Of a DNA stretch of 64,000 nucleotides, positions 40,926 through 55,163 are shown piece after piece. This DNA is from Adineta vaga (Eukaryota > Animalia > Rotifera). Each line of letters starts with the position of its first letter. Position 1 is the stretch's first letter. The notes beneath the pieces were generated by a model. That model was given only the letters and a program-made list of their open reading frames with translations. It ran no database searches and was not told where the DNA came from. The stretch lies in the NCBI GenBank assembly GCA_021613535.1, contig CP075492.1, positions 5,704,001 through 5,768,000 on the forward strand. The letters are read 5' to 3'. The translations under genes and the position numbers were made by a program.

Positions 40926-42476
40926 ATCTAGAATTATAACAAATCGAATTAAGAAATTTGCTTATTTTTGCTTTCGTTTTAGCGTTGTTATTGTATTGAT
41001 TTAGTGTAATAAATGGCATTGCAAACTAGAAGGTAAAAAAAGAAGAAAGAAAATCAAAGCTTGATGTATATGTGTGATTATGAAACAACGTCATTTGTTT
41101 TTTCGATAGTATGATCAGAAAAAGAAGAAGAAGAAAAGAAACGAATACAAAAATAAAGAACGAAAAGTAAGAAAGAAACTTATTACAATAAAGTTTCTTT
41201 TTTTCTCTTTTCTATGTCAAATACTTGACACAAAAAAGAGAACTACAATGCCCCAACGAAAAGAATTCTTAAAATTTTGTAAATACCTTACAAAAGCACA
41301 TCAACAAGAGTCTGATTTTGTCAATTATTGAAATAAATAACTTGAAAATTTAGTACAAACCAATAAGAAATAGACAGATGAGTATTGACAAAAATATTGT
41401 AAAATTATTCATCGATTTATAACAATAAAGAACAGTAAAATAGATATTCACGTTGAAAAGAAAAAAGAAAGTATACCATGTGTAATGAAACCTTTACGTT
41501 ATTTTTATCTTTATATATGTTTTCAAATTATACGAATGAATCCATAGAGAGAAATATCGATGTGTGGAAGTTTTTGACTTACGTTCGTTTTATTAGAACT
41601 AGGATGACGAACTGCTTTTGATCAATGATATGTCCGTACGATTTTCGTTAGTATTTATTCCAAACGAAATGCGTATAGACAATCAATCGATCTTGGAGCA
41701 ATAGTTCCAAATTGACAATTGTTCTTCTAAAGAATTTGATTTATCTTTAGAGTAAGTATTTTCAATTGAAACGATGTTGAATGAAAGAAAAAATCTTGAT
41801 AATAAATGACATATTTCATCTATAGTTTTATTAATGAGTGTCAAGAGAAAGAGAACATAATCGGAGAAGAAATGTTAGGTAAAGTCGACAGTTCAATGAT
41901 GAAAATCTCCGTTTGTTATATAGACTAAATAAAAAAAAGAGAAAGGAGAGAGAGAGAGAAAGAAGTTAGAGAACAGATGTTAACCAGATGATAAATGACA
42001 TATTGAATTGTAAGACTTATGATTTGTTCCTCTTGACTAAATTTACTTTCTTGTCAACTATGATTTTGTTTCACAAAGAGAAACGACGTGGAAAGAAAAT
42101 GAGAGAGAATTTCTTGTCATCATATTCTCATATTCAATGAGATGAAAGGAAAAAAAAGGTAATTTCTAATGATTTGTTGATGACTTTGTATTATATTCTG
42201 TTCATTGAAGCTAAACATATTGAAAATGTTCTTTGTCGATCGAATAACATTTAGAATTGTAAAACGTTTTTTAATGACTATGGGGGTGTTTTGTTTGGTT
42301 TTATATTCAATAATTCTAATAATAGATGAAAGAATCGATTCTTCTGATTTAAAATTTAAATAAGAAGAAACACCAGCTGGAAATTAATTTAAATTAATAA
42401 AATTACTAAGAAAAGCGTTTTGAATTCCAATGAAATAAATAAGCGCGTTTGTTGTTTTTTTTTCTCTCAAAAATTC

Positions 42477-44534
42477 ATGACCAAGTGCGAACATACAATT
42501 CGAATATTTGAAGGACAAGATTTCGAATCAATACGATTACAATGTCGACAAGAGAAGAAACTCTTTGAAGATTCATTTTTTCCAGCACAACCAGAATCTT
42601 TGTCGAATAATTATCAAAAATTACTTCCGTATTGGCGTGATATCACATGGAAACGTCCGAGTGAAATTGTTCATGATCCTCGATTTATTGTCGATGGAAT
42701 TACACGTACAGATCCGAATCAAGGCGATCTAGGTGAAATACAATTCTTTTGTATCGAAAGAAACGATTGGATTTTATATCATCGATTTCATTAGGAAATT
42801 GTTGGTTTATAGCAGCAATGAGCGCATTAACACAGAATAATCTTGTCTTAAATCGAGTTATACCAACTGATCAAACATTTGCCAAAGATTGGTATGGTGA
42901 GTAATAGAGAAATATCGATGGATTTTTTAGCTGGCATATTTCATTTTCGTTTTTGGCGTTATCAACAATGGTATGATGTTGTTGTTGATGATCGTTTACC
43001 TTATTTAATCAAACAAAAACGTCTTTGGAGTGCAAGAAATCGATTTGAAACGAATGAATTTTGGGTTTCACTACTTGAAAAAGCATATGCGAAATTGAAT
43101 GGAAATTATACAAATCTAGCTGGCGGTCTTCCAGTCAATGCATTAACAGATTTCACTGGTGGAATTGAACAACGTTTTGAATTTAAATCAAATCTATCAC
43201 CTACACATCTTCATCCTGCTGATCTTTTTGATTTTATTAAAGCATGTATTGATTACGGTTCATTAATTGCTTGTTCAATCAATGCAGATAGAAAAAAAGC
43301 TGAAAGTATTTTATCAAATGGTCTTGTAGTTGGTCATACCTATTCCATAACGAATTATTATATTCTACCAATAATTTATGATGAAAATCAATCGAAAATC
43401 AGTGATCGTGGTTTAATACGTTTTCGTAATCCATGGGGGAATGATATTGAATGGAATGGGAAATGGTCCGATGTCGATCCAATTTGGAATCTATTGGATG
43501 AAACAACACGAAAACGATTGAGTATAAGGGAAAAACATGATGGAGAATTTTGGATGTCATTCAATGATTTTTATAAAGAATTTGATGTGATGGAAGTTTG
43601 TCATATTAGTCCCGATACCTATGATGGTGAAATAGTGATTTCCAATGGTTTCAAATTCTTCATAATGTTTTCTTTTTGTTTGTTAAGAATTTGGTTTGAC
43701 TATACATGATTCTAAACAACATTGGCGTATGTGGTATGTTCTTGGTTCATGGCGTGCTGGAGAAAATAGTGGTGGTTCATGTGCAACATCAGGTTGTCGT
43801 CATGGTTGTTATTATTGGCGTAATCCACAATTTATTGTTGAATTAACAGTTAATCGTTCATTTAATTCAAATAAATTATGTATGATGATCATTGCATTAA
43901 TGCAAAAACCAGTAACGAAAAATTCCGATGAACAGTACATACAAATTCGATTATTTCGAATAAAACCGAATGTGAAAATTTGTGAAAAGAAAATTTATAA
44001 ATCCGATGAAGTCGAACGTATCGGTAAGTAACGTTCCGACTTAATTCGAGAAGAAAAAAATAAAATTTCAGAGTTTTATTTCAAATAGCATCAACAGGAC
44101 CTTACGGTAAAATTGAGTTTTATTTCCTTGGAATTAGAAGATTTTCTTTTTTTCAATTAAAGTTAATCGTCGTGAAATTTCACTTCTATTAAAAACAACA
44201 ACAGGCGCTTATTTAATCATACCGAGCATGGCTGATGTCAATCAAAATTGTGATTTTCTTCTACGAATCTTTTCTCAAGATACAACAATTGGTCGAACAT
44301 TTGTTAACATATTTGCTGATCAGAATCACGAAGATTTAACACGAAGAAATCTCAATCAACAGTCTACAACATCACAACAATCGCCCAGTAAATAATCAAT
44401 GAGTCTTTTGTTCTAATGAACTTTTTTTTATCGATCTAGTCGATCTCTTCTTTGGTTCAACACAATCAAGTGAATATGCACCAGCGATCGATCTCGATAG
44501 AAAACGTACGGATGTGACTGATTTCTTTCGTTAA
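42477..44534 (+). CDS. Calpain (CysPc + domain III, no penta-EF-hand domain); multi-exon
   Basis: LFEDSFFP, WKRPSEI, QGDLG|NCWF (catalytic Cys), LLEKAYAKLNG, GLVVGHTYSI (His), RNPWG (Asn), DGEFWMSF, NPQF; spliced model ends ..DVTDFFR* at 44534. Confidence 0.92.
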
Positions 44535-46054
44535 ATAAAATATTTCTATATAATAAACTAGTTGATTTCTTTTCATGTACCTGTCGATTTCCTAAAGAAT
44601 AGGAATGTCCTTGTGGAAAAGAGAAAAATAATTATTTTCATGCTGTTTCATCATTTTAAAGTCGCATCAATTTCAATTAATATTAATTGAATTCGATTTG
44701 ATAGAATCCCTATTATATTCTTATCGAATAAGTTTCATAGAATATATTTGTCTCAAGTGTTCAGACAGAACGTCTGTTTACCAGTTGAAGGTCATTGAAT
44801 AGGAGAGAAAAGGAAATGGAATGCATCGCTTTAGACGTAAAATAACGGAAATTATAGTATAGATTTATTTCATGTGAAAACAAAACTCTTTGAATATTTT
44901 GAACATCGAAGGAAATTTTTCTCCGGCAAATCTCGAAAGAAAAAAAATGTTAATATACAAGTGTTACTATTATTAAAGACGTATGAAAAGAGAAAAGAAA
45001 ACAAAAACTGTTTGTTATCGTTCTGATTGATTCAAGGTTATTGAATTGCTTGAGAAATAAAAAAGACTATTTTTTTCGTATATATATATATATAATATCC
45101 ATATGAGCATTTGTCCTGGATCATAGAACTCATTTATGCATGTCTGCATCTTGTGGTTAGTCGTTTCTTCTTTTTTCTTTCTCTTCTTTAGCACACGGAA
45201 AGAAAGAGCAAGTCGAGGAAAAGAAAAAGAACTAGAACGCATACAACATTCTTTTTCATATGACGTTTTTCTGATTTATTTTTTGTTTTTGTTATTACTT
45301 AGGAGAATGGTAACAAAGAGATAAAAGAACGTGTAGGAATTCAAATGAGATGCAGCATCCTTTTTTTCTTTTTATTCATCAAATATTTTGATTGGAAGAA
45401 ATGGATGCTTCGTTGATTAATTCATCGCAAAAGAAGAGGGAATATGATGAAAAGAAATAAAGATATAGTAGTAGTGAGAGACATTCGGTTGATATCTATA
45501 TTATCAACAGAATTGACGATGTTTAAATACATTTATAAAGAAAAAGGGAGACAGACAGAGAGAGAGAGAGGATACGTGTTTTTTTTTCAATCGTGTAAAA
45601 CATCAATTCTGTATGTACATAGTGTGTTTCGTTTATTTGTACTTATGTCTTAAAGAGCAAAAAGTTTGTCAGCAAGGACTGTTGTGTTGATGAAGAGCAA
45701 TAGTTTTTTTTTTTCTTTTTTTGTTCAGATAGAAAGACGGTAGAGGAAATAATCCGAATCGTGAGGAAACCGTACTGTCATCATCATGATCAACAAATTG
45801 AAAATATATAAATCATTTGAAAGGCTTTTTTTGCTTCGGTACTTAGTCACTTTCATCGATGAATTTTATTTGATGTAACATAAATAAAATACGAAAAAAA
45901 AACTGTTTGTATTTAGATACAAGATTTAAACAGTAACGATTTTTTGATTGACGTTAATATCATCAGTTCGAGAGTCTGGCTTCAATACTGTTCTGTTTTA
46001 TAAGGTATGTTAACTATTTCAATAGAATAGAACTAACATGTATTTACTTGTAGA

Positions 46055-47272
46055 ACTATACTATATCATGTATTTCTATTATCCTTATTATGGACATCGA
46101 AATGGAAATATCAATGTGTAGCATTAACTGGAAGTATTAATGATATAGAATGTCGATTAGAAGACATTCAATTATACAGTTGGTCAGGACCCGATTATAA
46201 ATCAGGTGAATGTTGGCATCAAGGTCGTCGATTTGCCGATGGTGCAACATGGGGTCGAATAGATACACCAGGATCTCCTTATTGTATTTGTGAACAAGGT
46301 AAAGTACGTATTTTTTATAGTCAACAACCAGCTAAAACTGCTGATCAATTAACTATTCTTCGACCAACAAATAATGCATCACCAACAGCAAAAGATTTAG
46401 CTAAATGGCCTATACATAATTATCCAACGGTACGACAACGTATAGTGAATTGTCAAATAATTCGATTTGGTATACGAATTCGATCAAGAGATGGATGTAT
46501 AGGATGTAAATGTGGAAAAAATGGACATTGGTTATGTAGAAAAGCATTGCCATTGAATAAAAATCGAACCATTAATCGACAATCACAACAAATACCAAGG
46601 TGAGATATACATAAGAATATATAAACAATGATTTTCGTTTTTAATATGAATAGAAATTCTTTTCCTAATACAAATCAAACTGATCGTCGTATTTCAACTA
46701 TTCGTGTACAATCAGAATGTTCATGGAATAGTGCACCAAAACTTTGTATATTAATTGAACGTTCATCATCATCAAACAACAGTGAAAAATTCAGTCGTTA
46801 TATTGAAATTCCACGTGAAACGTCATGGATGGATCATGATGCATGTACTCGATGTTCATGTACATTAGATGGTGTGTTAAAATGTGAAACTCTTCGTGAC
46901 ACATGTATTCGTCCTTGTCTATTACGCAAAACACGTCCAATTTCTATTATGTATTATTTTCCATCAGGTACAAAATGGTTAACACCATTAAATAATAAAT
47001 GTCAATCATGTTCATGTACAAATGGACAAAGAAAATGTTTTAATTGTGATCAAATTTTGAAAATTAATGTTAGTACTAAAAATGATTATCATCAACAACG
47101 ATCAGCAGCTATCGGTGAATATCGATTAATACCAACAATACTCAGAGCAACACCATGTATACTTCAAACAAGTATCAATTCTCATCGATTAATATTTCCA
47201 GGACAACAGGTATGGTTCGAACAACGATGTTATTTTTGTTCGAAAAATAATGCTCGATTGATACGATGTTGA
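46055..47272 (+). CDS. Secreted Cys-rich protein with degenerate VWC/pacifastin-like repeats; intron ~46600..46653; start codon not found
   Basis: Open frame TILYHVFLLSLLWTSKW..CWHQGRRFADGATW..CICEQG..DGCIGCKCGKNGHWLC | ..WMDHDACTRCSCTLDGVLKC..KCQSCSCTNGQRKC. Confidence 0.7.
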
Positions 47273-47618
47273 TTTCTTTTGCACTTCTCAGTGTTGTAAC
47301 CCGTCCACCTAGTCATCTAAAATTTCTCTGTTTAGATTTAGTCTACATAGATGTATTTTTGTGTTTTGATGTATCGTAAAATATTTGAACAAATAAAAGT
47401 TTCAAATAAATAAATAAATAAATAATATAATCTGATCATTTCTACATGAAATAGTCAGAAAAGAAATAAATTCTTTCTTGAATGATTGTTTTTTATGGAA
47501 AAATCTATTTAGTATTGTAAGTTTTCGAGAGAGTTATTTAGTAATTTATTTTGATAGAAAGCAATCAATATTATTAATATGAATGTTGACAAAATCGACT
47601 ACAACATATAGTTATTGC

Positions 47619-47954
47619 TTAACCCATGAATTCTCGTGGATCACCTCGTTCAATTTCTTTTCGAGATCGATCAAATGATGGTAGTTCATTCAAATCTGGT
47701 CTACCACCATGTAATTCTAAGTTAAGAAGATCATGTAATAATTTTTGAGAACTATCAAGATGATGAGCATGATTCAAATAACTATTTGGATGATATTTGT
47801 CCCCATTTATTCCATCGTCAGTTGATCGAAAGACGAATCTCGCACTAGAATAGTTTTTACATAAGAAATGTATGCATATACTAGGAAAGTAGACTTACTT
47901 GATCGAAAGAATACTGAACGTTAATAAGCACAAGCAGTAAAAATACGTTTGCAT
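47619..47954 (-). CDS. Putative neuropeptide precursor (93 aa) ending in an amidation-ready peptide ..RKEIERGDPREFMG; intron 47845..47898
   Basis: Signal peptide MQTYFYCLCLLTFSILSINA, phase-2 GTAAGT..TTCTAG intron, RSRK basic site, terminal Gly before stop. Confidence 0.75.
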
Positions 47955-48833
47955 GTTGCTAATCTTCGAAATTAATGTTTGAAGAATGTAAATATAGGAA
48001 ATGTAGAATCTTTTGTGATCTTTATATTTTGGATGCCGTTCACAAGAGATCTGTGCATGAAATGTTAATTGTCGACATAGCATTCACAAGAGACATCCAA
48101 TATTGTTAAAAAGTAAAGAAATGAATAGCTACTCAATAGTAATAAAGATGAATACAATATAATTTCGTATTACAATGCATGTCACAAGATCATTTTCATT
48201 CAGTTAATACTATTATACTCGATGTAACCTCATTTTTTTTATGGATTCTTATTAATTATATTAAAAGTGACATACATCAACTTTTTCTATACAAAATTTA
48301 CACAGTTTACCTCTCATCTATGTAAAGTATGTTTCACATCGTTTTTTTTTGTCTTCAAAAACGATCAATAATATCGATCATTAGAATAAATAATAGAACT
48401 CATGTAAGAATTTTCTAATATGCCATTTATTAGTATCAATACTATTGAATTATGTCATGCAATGGTTAACAAATTTTCGAATTCGAAAATAGTTCTGTTC
48501 ATTAGAGAAGTAATAGTCAGTTTGTACTACTTAGGTCTATTGAAGATCGTTTGAAATTATGGCAGCACCCAATTTTCACGTTTATTATTCAATGAACGAA
48601 GAAAAAACAACAACAACGAACAATTGACAAAGCATTTATCGACAACTATTTGTGAATGAAATACACTGAAATAATACATGCATGTAGAATTTTAAATTTC
48701 ACATTAACAGACATAAGAAGAAAAAAGAAGACTGATAAATGTCTGGACGTAGGTAATGACGCTGAGCTAACGTGGAAGAAAATGCAAAAAAAGACAAAAA
48801 AATTGAACGTTTACATCACAGAAATAGTTTGTT

Positions 48834-51800
48834 TCAAATCGAACCGATCATATTTCCATTCGGTTCATAAACGAGATTCTGTATTTCTGTACCACTAGTT
48901 AATGGTTGATTTGAATCAATAATTGCTGCTGCCGTTGTTGTTGTTGTTGCTGCTGGTATTTTTGTTTTATCTTTAGATTTCTTAAACATTCTTTCAATGA
49001 AATAATACCATGAAGGAAGTATAAAATTCATTAATAGAAAACAAATAATTGTTTCATATATAAGTGATAAACGTATGATATGAAAGATATATGTTTCAAT
49101 TGAAAACAAAGAAAATATACTTAATGATATAATTAATGAAAGAAGAACACGATTATATTTCCATTTTGATTCGAATATATTGAAAGATCCATGAATTAAC
49201 GTATCAAGAAAGATAATAGGTATAACATATAACCAAAGTGCATCGGCAAAATTAAATGTTAAATTATGAAACAAATATAAACATGTTAAATTACCCGTTT
49301 GTAAAGCAATTACATGTAAGAATATCAATAAAGCTTTTGTAAATGAAGTAAATATTATAAGTATAATAATAAATGTTGTTATCACTAAGAATAATGTTAA
49401 TAGATAGATTTCATTACGTATTTGTACCAATGATTCGTAATGAGAAAAAATGAAACTATATGGAAATATTGATGGTATTGAACTTTCTTGTGCATATGTA
49501 TACATATTATTCATTGTTTGTATATCATGACGATCACCTAAAGATTGAAAATGAAGATGATTTCAAATAAAAACTATGTCCATAGGGAATTTAGTCGCAT
49601 TCTATTAGAAAGTTTCTTGAATATGTTCAGTGACTATATTCTACTAATCATTCACGGCATTCTTTGAATTTATTTTTCTTACCTTTAGAAGTACTGAATT
49701 GACAATAAAATCGTGATGCTTTTATCATTGATTTATTATTTCTTTCCGATACGATAATATCATTTTGTGAATAGGGTGTGACTCGAACACTCATCGGATC
49801 TTTACTTGTTAAAATCGTATGAATATTTTCTTGTTCTAACCATACTAATTTAAATTTATTTGTATTTGATTCATTTAAACATTGTTCGACTAGTCGATGA
49901 ATTAATGCTTGATTTTTTTTATTCTCATAATCAATGGGTTGAGGAATGACATACATAATAACAGGACCCAAATCATATTGTTCTAAATGAGTATTCATAT
50001 AGGATTTTAATGAAGATGCATTTTTAGGAAGAAATTTATCTTCATATAAACGTGTATCAATTGAAAACAATGACCAAATACTAATGATAATAAATCCAAT
50101 TGATAATAAACATAAAAATCCAGTAAAAATTTTCTTAAATATTGTATCAATATTTGTTAAAAATTCTTTGGGTTTTTTAAAAATTGTTTCTTTCAATGAT
50201 TTTCGACGATCTCTTATATGATAATCATTCGGTAAATGATGACATAATAAACAATGACGACGCGATTTAATACGTTTCAATGTAATAACAAGACAGGCAG
50301 AGAAAAATGTACAATGAGTTAAATAATCAATAAATATATATAATACTAATGTTAAACCAAGATATCTTGTACATAACATTGGTGATAGAAATGATAAAAT
50401 CGAATAAATAATCATTAAAATTAATGTAGTAGCGAGAAAATATGGACGAGACGATTTGATAATTGATGGAAGAATTTTATCAATATCAATTTTAGTAGCA
50501 ACATTTGTTGATGAGATTGGTATATAATCTTTTATTATTCGATGATATTCACCACAAACAATGGAAATACGCATGGAATCAATAACTAAAGAATCATTCG
50601 TTTTTTTTTCTTTTCAATTCAATCATATTTGTTTTACACTTACTTGCAACAGCGAAAACAATCAGAGCCATTGGTTCAATAATTTCAAATCTAAGTACTG
50701 ATAATAAACCAAATGTAGCACCTGATGCTAATGCTAAATTAATCACTCCACAAAGTGATAAATAACCGACAGATGTATGAAAATTTCCTTCGATACTTAT
50801 AAAAAAGCCAACAAAAATAAAAAATATTAAAAGCATTATAGTCATTAATGGACCTTCATCACGTGCTTGTTTACCAACAATATCAGTAATTGCTGTTGAG
50901 GTCGATGGTGAAATATGAATTAATGATGACTGAAATTTTTCATTCAAATAATGAAGTACTTCTCGCTCCCATTGAATTGCTAATGAATGCATTCGATCAT
51001 TAGAATTATTTAAAGAATATCGAAGACGAAATAAAGGAACATATGAAACAATTTCAGCTAAATTTGATTGTTTCACTTCTGGTATATTTCCTTCTTCTTC
51101 TTCTTCTTCATCGTGATAATCTTCTTCAGGCGTGGTTACATTCATTGTTCGATAATTTTTACCAAAAATAAAAGATGCAAGACCATTGGCACCACTTAAC
51201 GAATCAAAATAGATTCCACTTGGAATATTTGGTAAATGTAACGCATCTCGACGAAATTTATCTGATAATAAGTAATTCCCATCGACAACACAAGCATGAT
51301 TAATAATTGCACATAATTTAGCAAAATTATATTGAATTGAATTATTACTGTTATTGATTCGAATCGATTGAATTTGACGATCAAGTGAATGAATCTAAAC
51401 AAAAAGTAATAACGAACATGTTAGTTCGAATATTGTCAAAAGATTGTTACTAGGCTGATTTCTATATGTTCTCGTTTAGTATATTTGATCAAACAAAATA
51501 CTCGATAGAATCTCATCAAAATCATCTAATATTTATTCTCTTATGAGAAATCTAGGAAATCATTAATCGTCTAGTTCTTTGCAAATATCTGTTGCCATAT
51601 GCCAACATCCTTTACAGAAGAAAAAAAGAGCGTGGTTTTTGATTTCTCAACCAGAAACATCTTCTTCTTCTTTTTTTTATCGAGAAGAGGAACAAACGAT
51701 TAATATTCTCTCTGATTTGAATATCAATATATTCTATTCTTTTCGAAATCTCTTCATCAGAAATTCTCATCCATACCTCGTCAATAACTTGATTATTTAA

Positions 51801-52181
51801 CATATTCGTTTCATTAATATGATGTGAATTATTTGAAAGTTTTCTTTTTATAATAATATCTAATGCTGGATAAAGATCCATTTGTTGATGTACACGATAA
51901 TCTTTATCATTTCCAAAAAGTTCTTGGACTTTATGAGCATTTTTTTGTGCTTTACCATTTTGAACAATAAAAGCCGTTTGATCAAATTGACGTATTTGCA
52001 TAAAATATAAAAAACATATGGTCAATCCAACGGTAACAAATACACTAAGAAATAAAATGATCCAAGAAAACCGTATTAAAAATCTTGAATAACTATCCCA
52101 AAAATGATTGCTTCTTTCTTGTATAAAACTACGACCCATCGAATAATGTTGATTATCTTTCTTTGTAATACTTGTCGACAT
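48834..52181 (-). CDS. Patched-related (PTCHD3/Ptr-like) sterol-sensing-domain membrane protein; about 4 exons
   Basis: N-terminal TM after YSRFLIRFSW, luminal CLINNHACVVDG, QWEREVL, SSD-like TM cluster, TFFSACL, second luminal GPVIMYV loop, FPYSFIFSHYE followed by C-terminal TMs. Confidence 0.82.
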
Positions 52182-53336
52182 TGGGATATTATTTCTAATC
52201 TATTCAATAATATAAAAAGAAATGAAATAATAACATTCTTACCATCTGGATTTCACTCATCTTTATGTGCACTCTGTCTTTCTCTTTTTTTTTAGTACTG
52301 ATACACACGTGGTGGAATTTGTAGGAGGCGTAAGAAGAAAAAAAACATCTACTTGAGAGATCAAACACTCTATCTTCTCTTGTCTTTTTTTGAAACGTTA
52401 TCCTAAACATATCCGCGGAAGATAAGAATCCGGGTGTATACCTTCACATAAACACTTCACTATGACACATAACAACAAAGTCGTGCGACAAGAACAAACT
52501 AGAGAATACTTATTTCTTCGATCGTGTACGAACAAATTCTTTTTCTCTCACTTTAATGTTAAGTGCTACTGATACGCTGTTTTGTTTATCGATACATTCT
52601 ATTCAACTATCATATCTATCTTCTCGCTTAATAGAACATTCGTGAAGAGAAGAGATAACAATTGTATACTGGCGACAAAATGTACTATGAAAAGAACAGA
52701 TCCGTTGAGAATATTGTATACAGAGAAAAAAAAATACGTAAATTCTTTACATATATTGCCTTATTCTCAATAATTTCAAGTGCTTTATAATGTCAGAAAA
52801 GTCGTCAAATGACCAGTGCATGAATCTTTTTCACATAAAACGACTAAACCACGTAAAACGACGCGACAAAAAAGAACAGAATAGAAAGCGAAAAAAAAAA
52901 CTTAGTAATAATAGTATCGTAAGAGAATGACGAGGAAATATCACGCCATAGTCTGATGTTGTCTTTCTTTACATAGGAAAAAAAATGAAAAAAACGTAAT
53001 TCCAATAAACAATTCAAGGACGTATGACCAGATCAAATAATATTCCTACTTACCAATACAATAAATGAAATCTGCCGATTTTTATTTGAATACGTGAGTG
53101 TATTCCATTGTATAGCGGTCACAAGGTCATCTATACTTTCTTGCGAAGAACAAAAAAGTAAGAGAATAAGAACAAGAAAAATATCCACCAATAGATCATC
53201 ATTAACAAAATAACGCCTTTCATTGCTCCACGATACCATATATATATATATGACCTTGAGTAATGGATCTATTTTTTTTATATTTATTTAATCTAAGTTT
53301 AAAAATAACTGTAAAAAATAAAGTAGAAAGCAAAAT

Positions 53337-55163
53337 CTAAGCATTGGGTATTGGTGTACCAGGTACTGGAATGCCAAGAGTACCAAAAACAGCACGGTTG
53401 AAAAAGCTTGAACCTCGTTTTAATTGTTCCTAAAAATGTTCGATAGATGAAAATCATTTCTTTTTTCTAAAACTAATTTAATGACATACAGTTTTGCCTA
53501 ATTGTGTATATGCATCTTGCCAACTTGTATAGATCGGTGTAATAGGTAACATACCAGCTCGAAGACCACTTCGATTAATTGCTGTAACAGTGGTAACAAC
53601 ACTTAACGGATATGTTGCCGTTTGAGCAACAAACTAAAAAGCCAATATAAAAACGAAGAGATTAACTTTAATTTCATCGAGATATTATTCGAATTTTTAT
53701 GTTGATTATTATCATAACAAATATTTAACATTCTCTTTGACGAATCTGGATTCTTAAGAGAACAATAGATTAAATTCTTTATCGAATCACATATTTCTAT
53801 AACCAGAGTAAAAAAATGTTCGATTTGCATTGACTACATTGTTTCACAATGTAACTGGAAAATAGAAACGGACGCGTTTATAACTCATTTAGATTGAAAT
53901 TTCCAGTCAAAAGACTTCATATTTCAAATATTTATTCAAACTTACAGCAGCCATATATTCATACAATGGTACCATTTCACTTTGTGAAGGTAATTGTGAT
54001 TTGAGCATTTGAATAAGCATATTTGATATGACAATCGTTGCTATTTCTAGTATCCAACGAGGAATCAAACCACTATGAATTTAAAAAAAAACAAACAACA
54101 AAATAGAAAATGATGAGAAGGAAAATTTGACATACACAAAAAATCCTCCGATTCCTTGGCGATTATAAATTTCTTGAATATTTTGAAATATATTTATCGA
54201 TGAGTAATTTGTTTCTCGACCAATAAATTGTCCCATACATCGAATTGCCATGACTAATCAAACAAAAAATATATATATTTTTCAAAATCTATCATAACAA
54301 TTTGGTTTCATTCGAAGCAAACCTTGAAAAGGATGTGAAACTAATATTCCCCATGATTGACATCGTACTTCTCGTAAGGTTTTTTTAATACATTTATCCC
54401 ATGTTGGTTTTGTTTGATCATTCGGTACAACAGGTTCTACTGGACCAAGAAGCTTTTAACAAACAAGAATAGAATTTCATTGTAAATGTTATTTTCTTAC
54501 TTCATCAACTTTTGTTGTTGTATACCAACAGACCATTTTCGATAGAACAGCACAACCAAATCCGCGATATAAACCAGTAAATCCATCGATATTATAAATA
54601 TATCTCACTGAAATGATAGAAAAATCAAAAAATTTAATTTTGTTTTACAAAACAAACTTACAATATCGAAAAACATTTGGATAGAAGATTGCTTCTTTTC
54701 CAAGTAGAGTTTTACCACGATATGGAGGTAACCTCATAACCCATCTAAATACAAGTAGATTAAGATTCAATGTTTGCAATTCGACAATATTTACCTGCAT
54801 CAAAGCTCGAGCATAAGCCATAGGATGTCCAAAAGCTTGTTGAAGAGCTGTGGCTTTTAATACAGCAAATGTTGGATTCGCAGAATTGAATGTTGAAGTA
54901 AATCCACCGGTGGGTTGTTGTTGAACAGCTGTTCCAGCTGCTATTGGTGTTTGAATTGGTGCTACAAGACGTTCAGCAGAATGTAATAAAGATGAAACTG
55001 AGGGAATTGATACATGATTATCAACGGATACATCATCATTGGAAGCTAATGGATCCTAGAATTGAGGAGAGTATTATTTAGATTTCAAAAAGATTGAATG
55101 GTATGAGAGAAAGAAATATCGTACAGTTGATTTGACAGCTGAAACGGGGGGTGGTGTGGTCAT
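53337..55163 (-). CDS. MTCH2: Mitochondrial carrier homolog (MTCH1/2-like), multi-exon, with apparent frameshift at ~54732
   Basis: GHPMAYARALMQ|MGYE^LPPYRGKTLLG..PNVFRY|..IDGFTGLYRGFG..SHPFQ|..RCMGQFIGRETNY..YPLSVVTTVTAINRSGLRAG..|EQLKRGSSFFNR. Confidence 0.85.
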
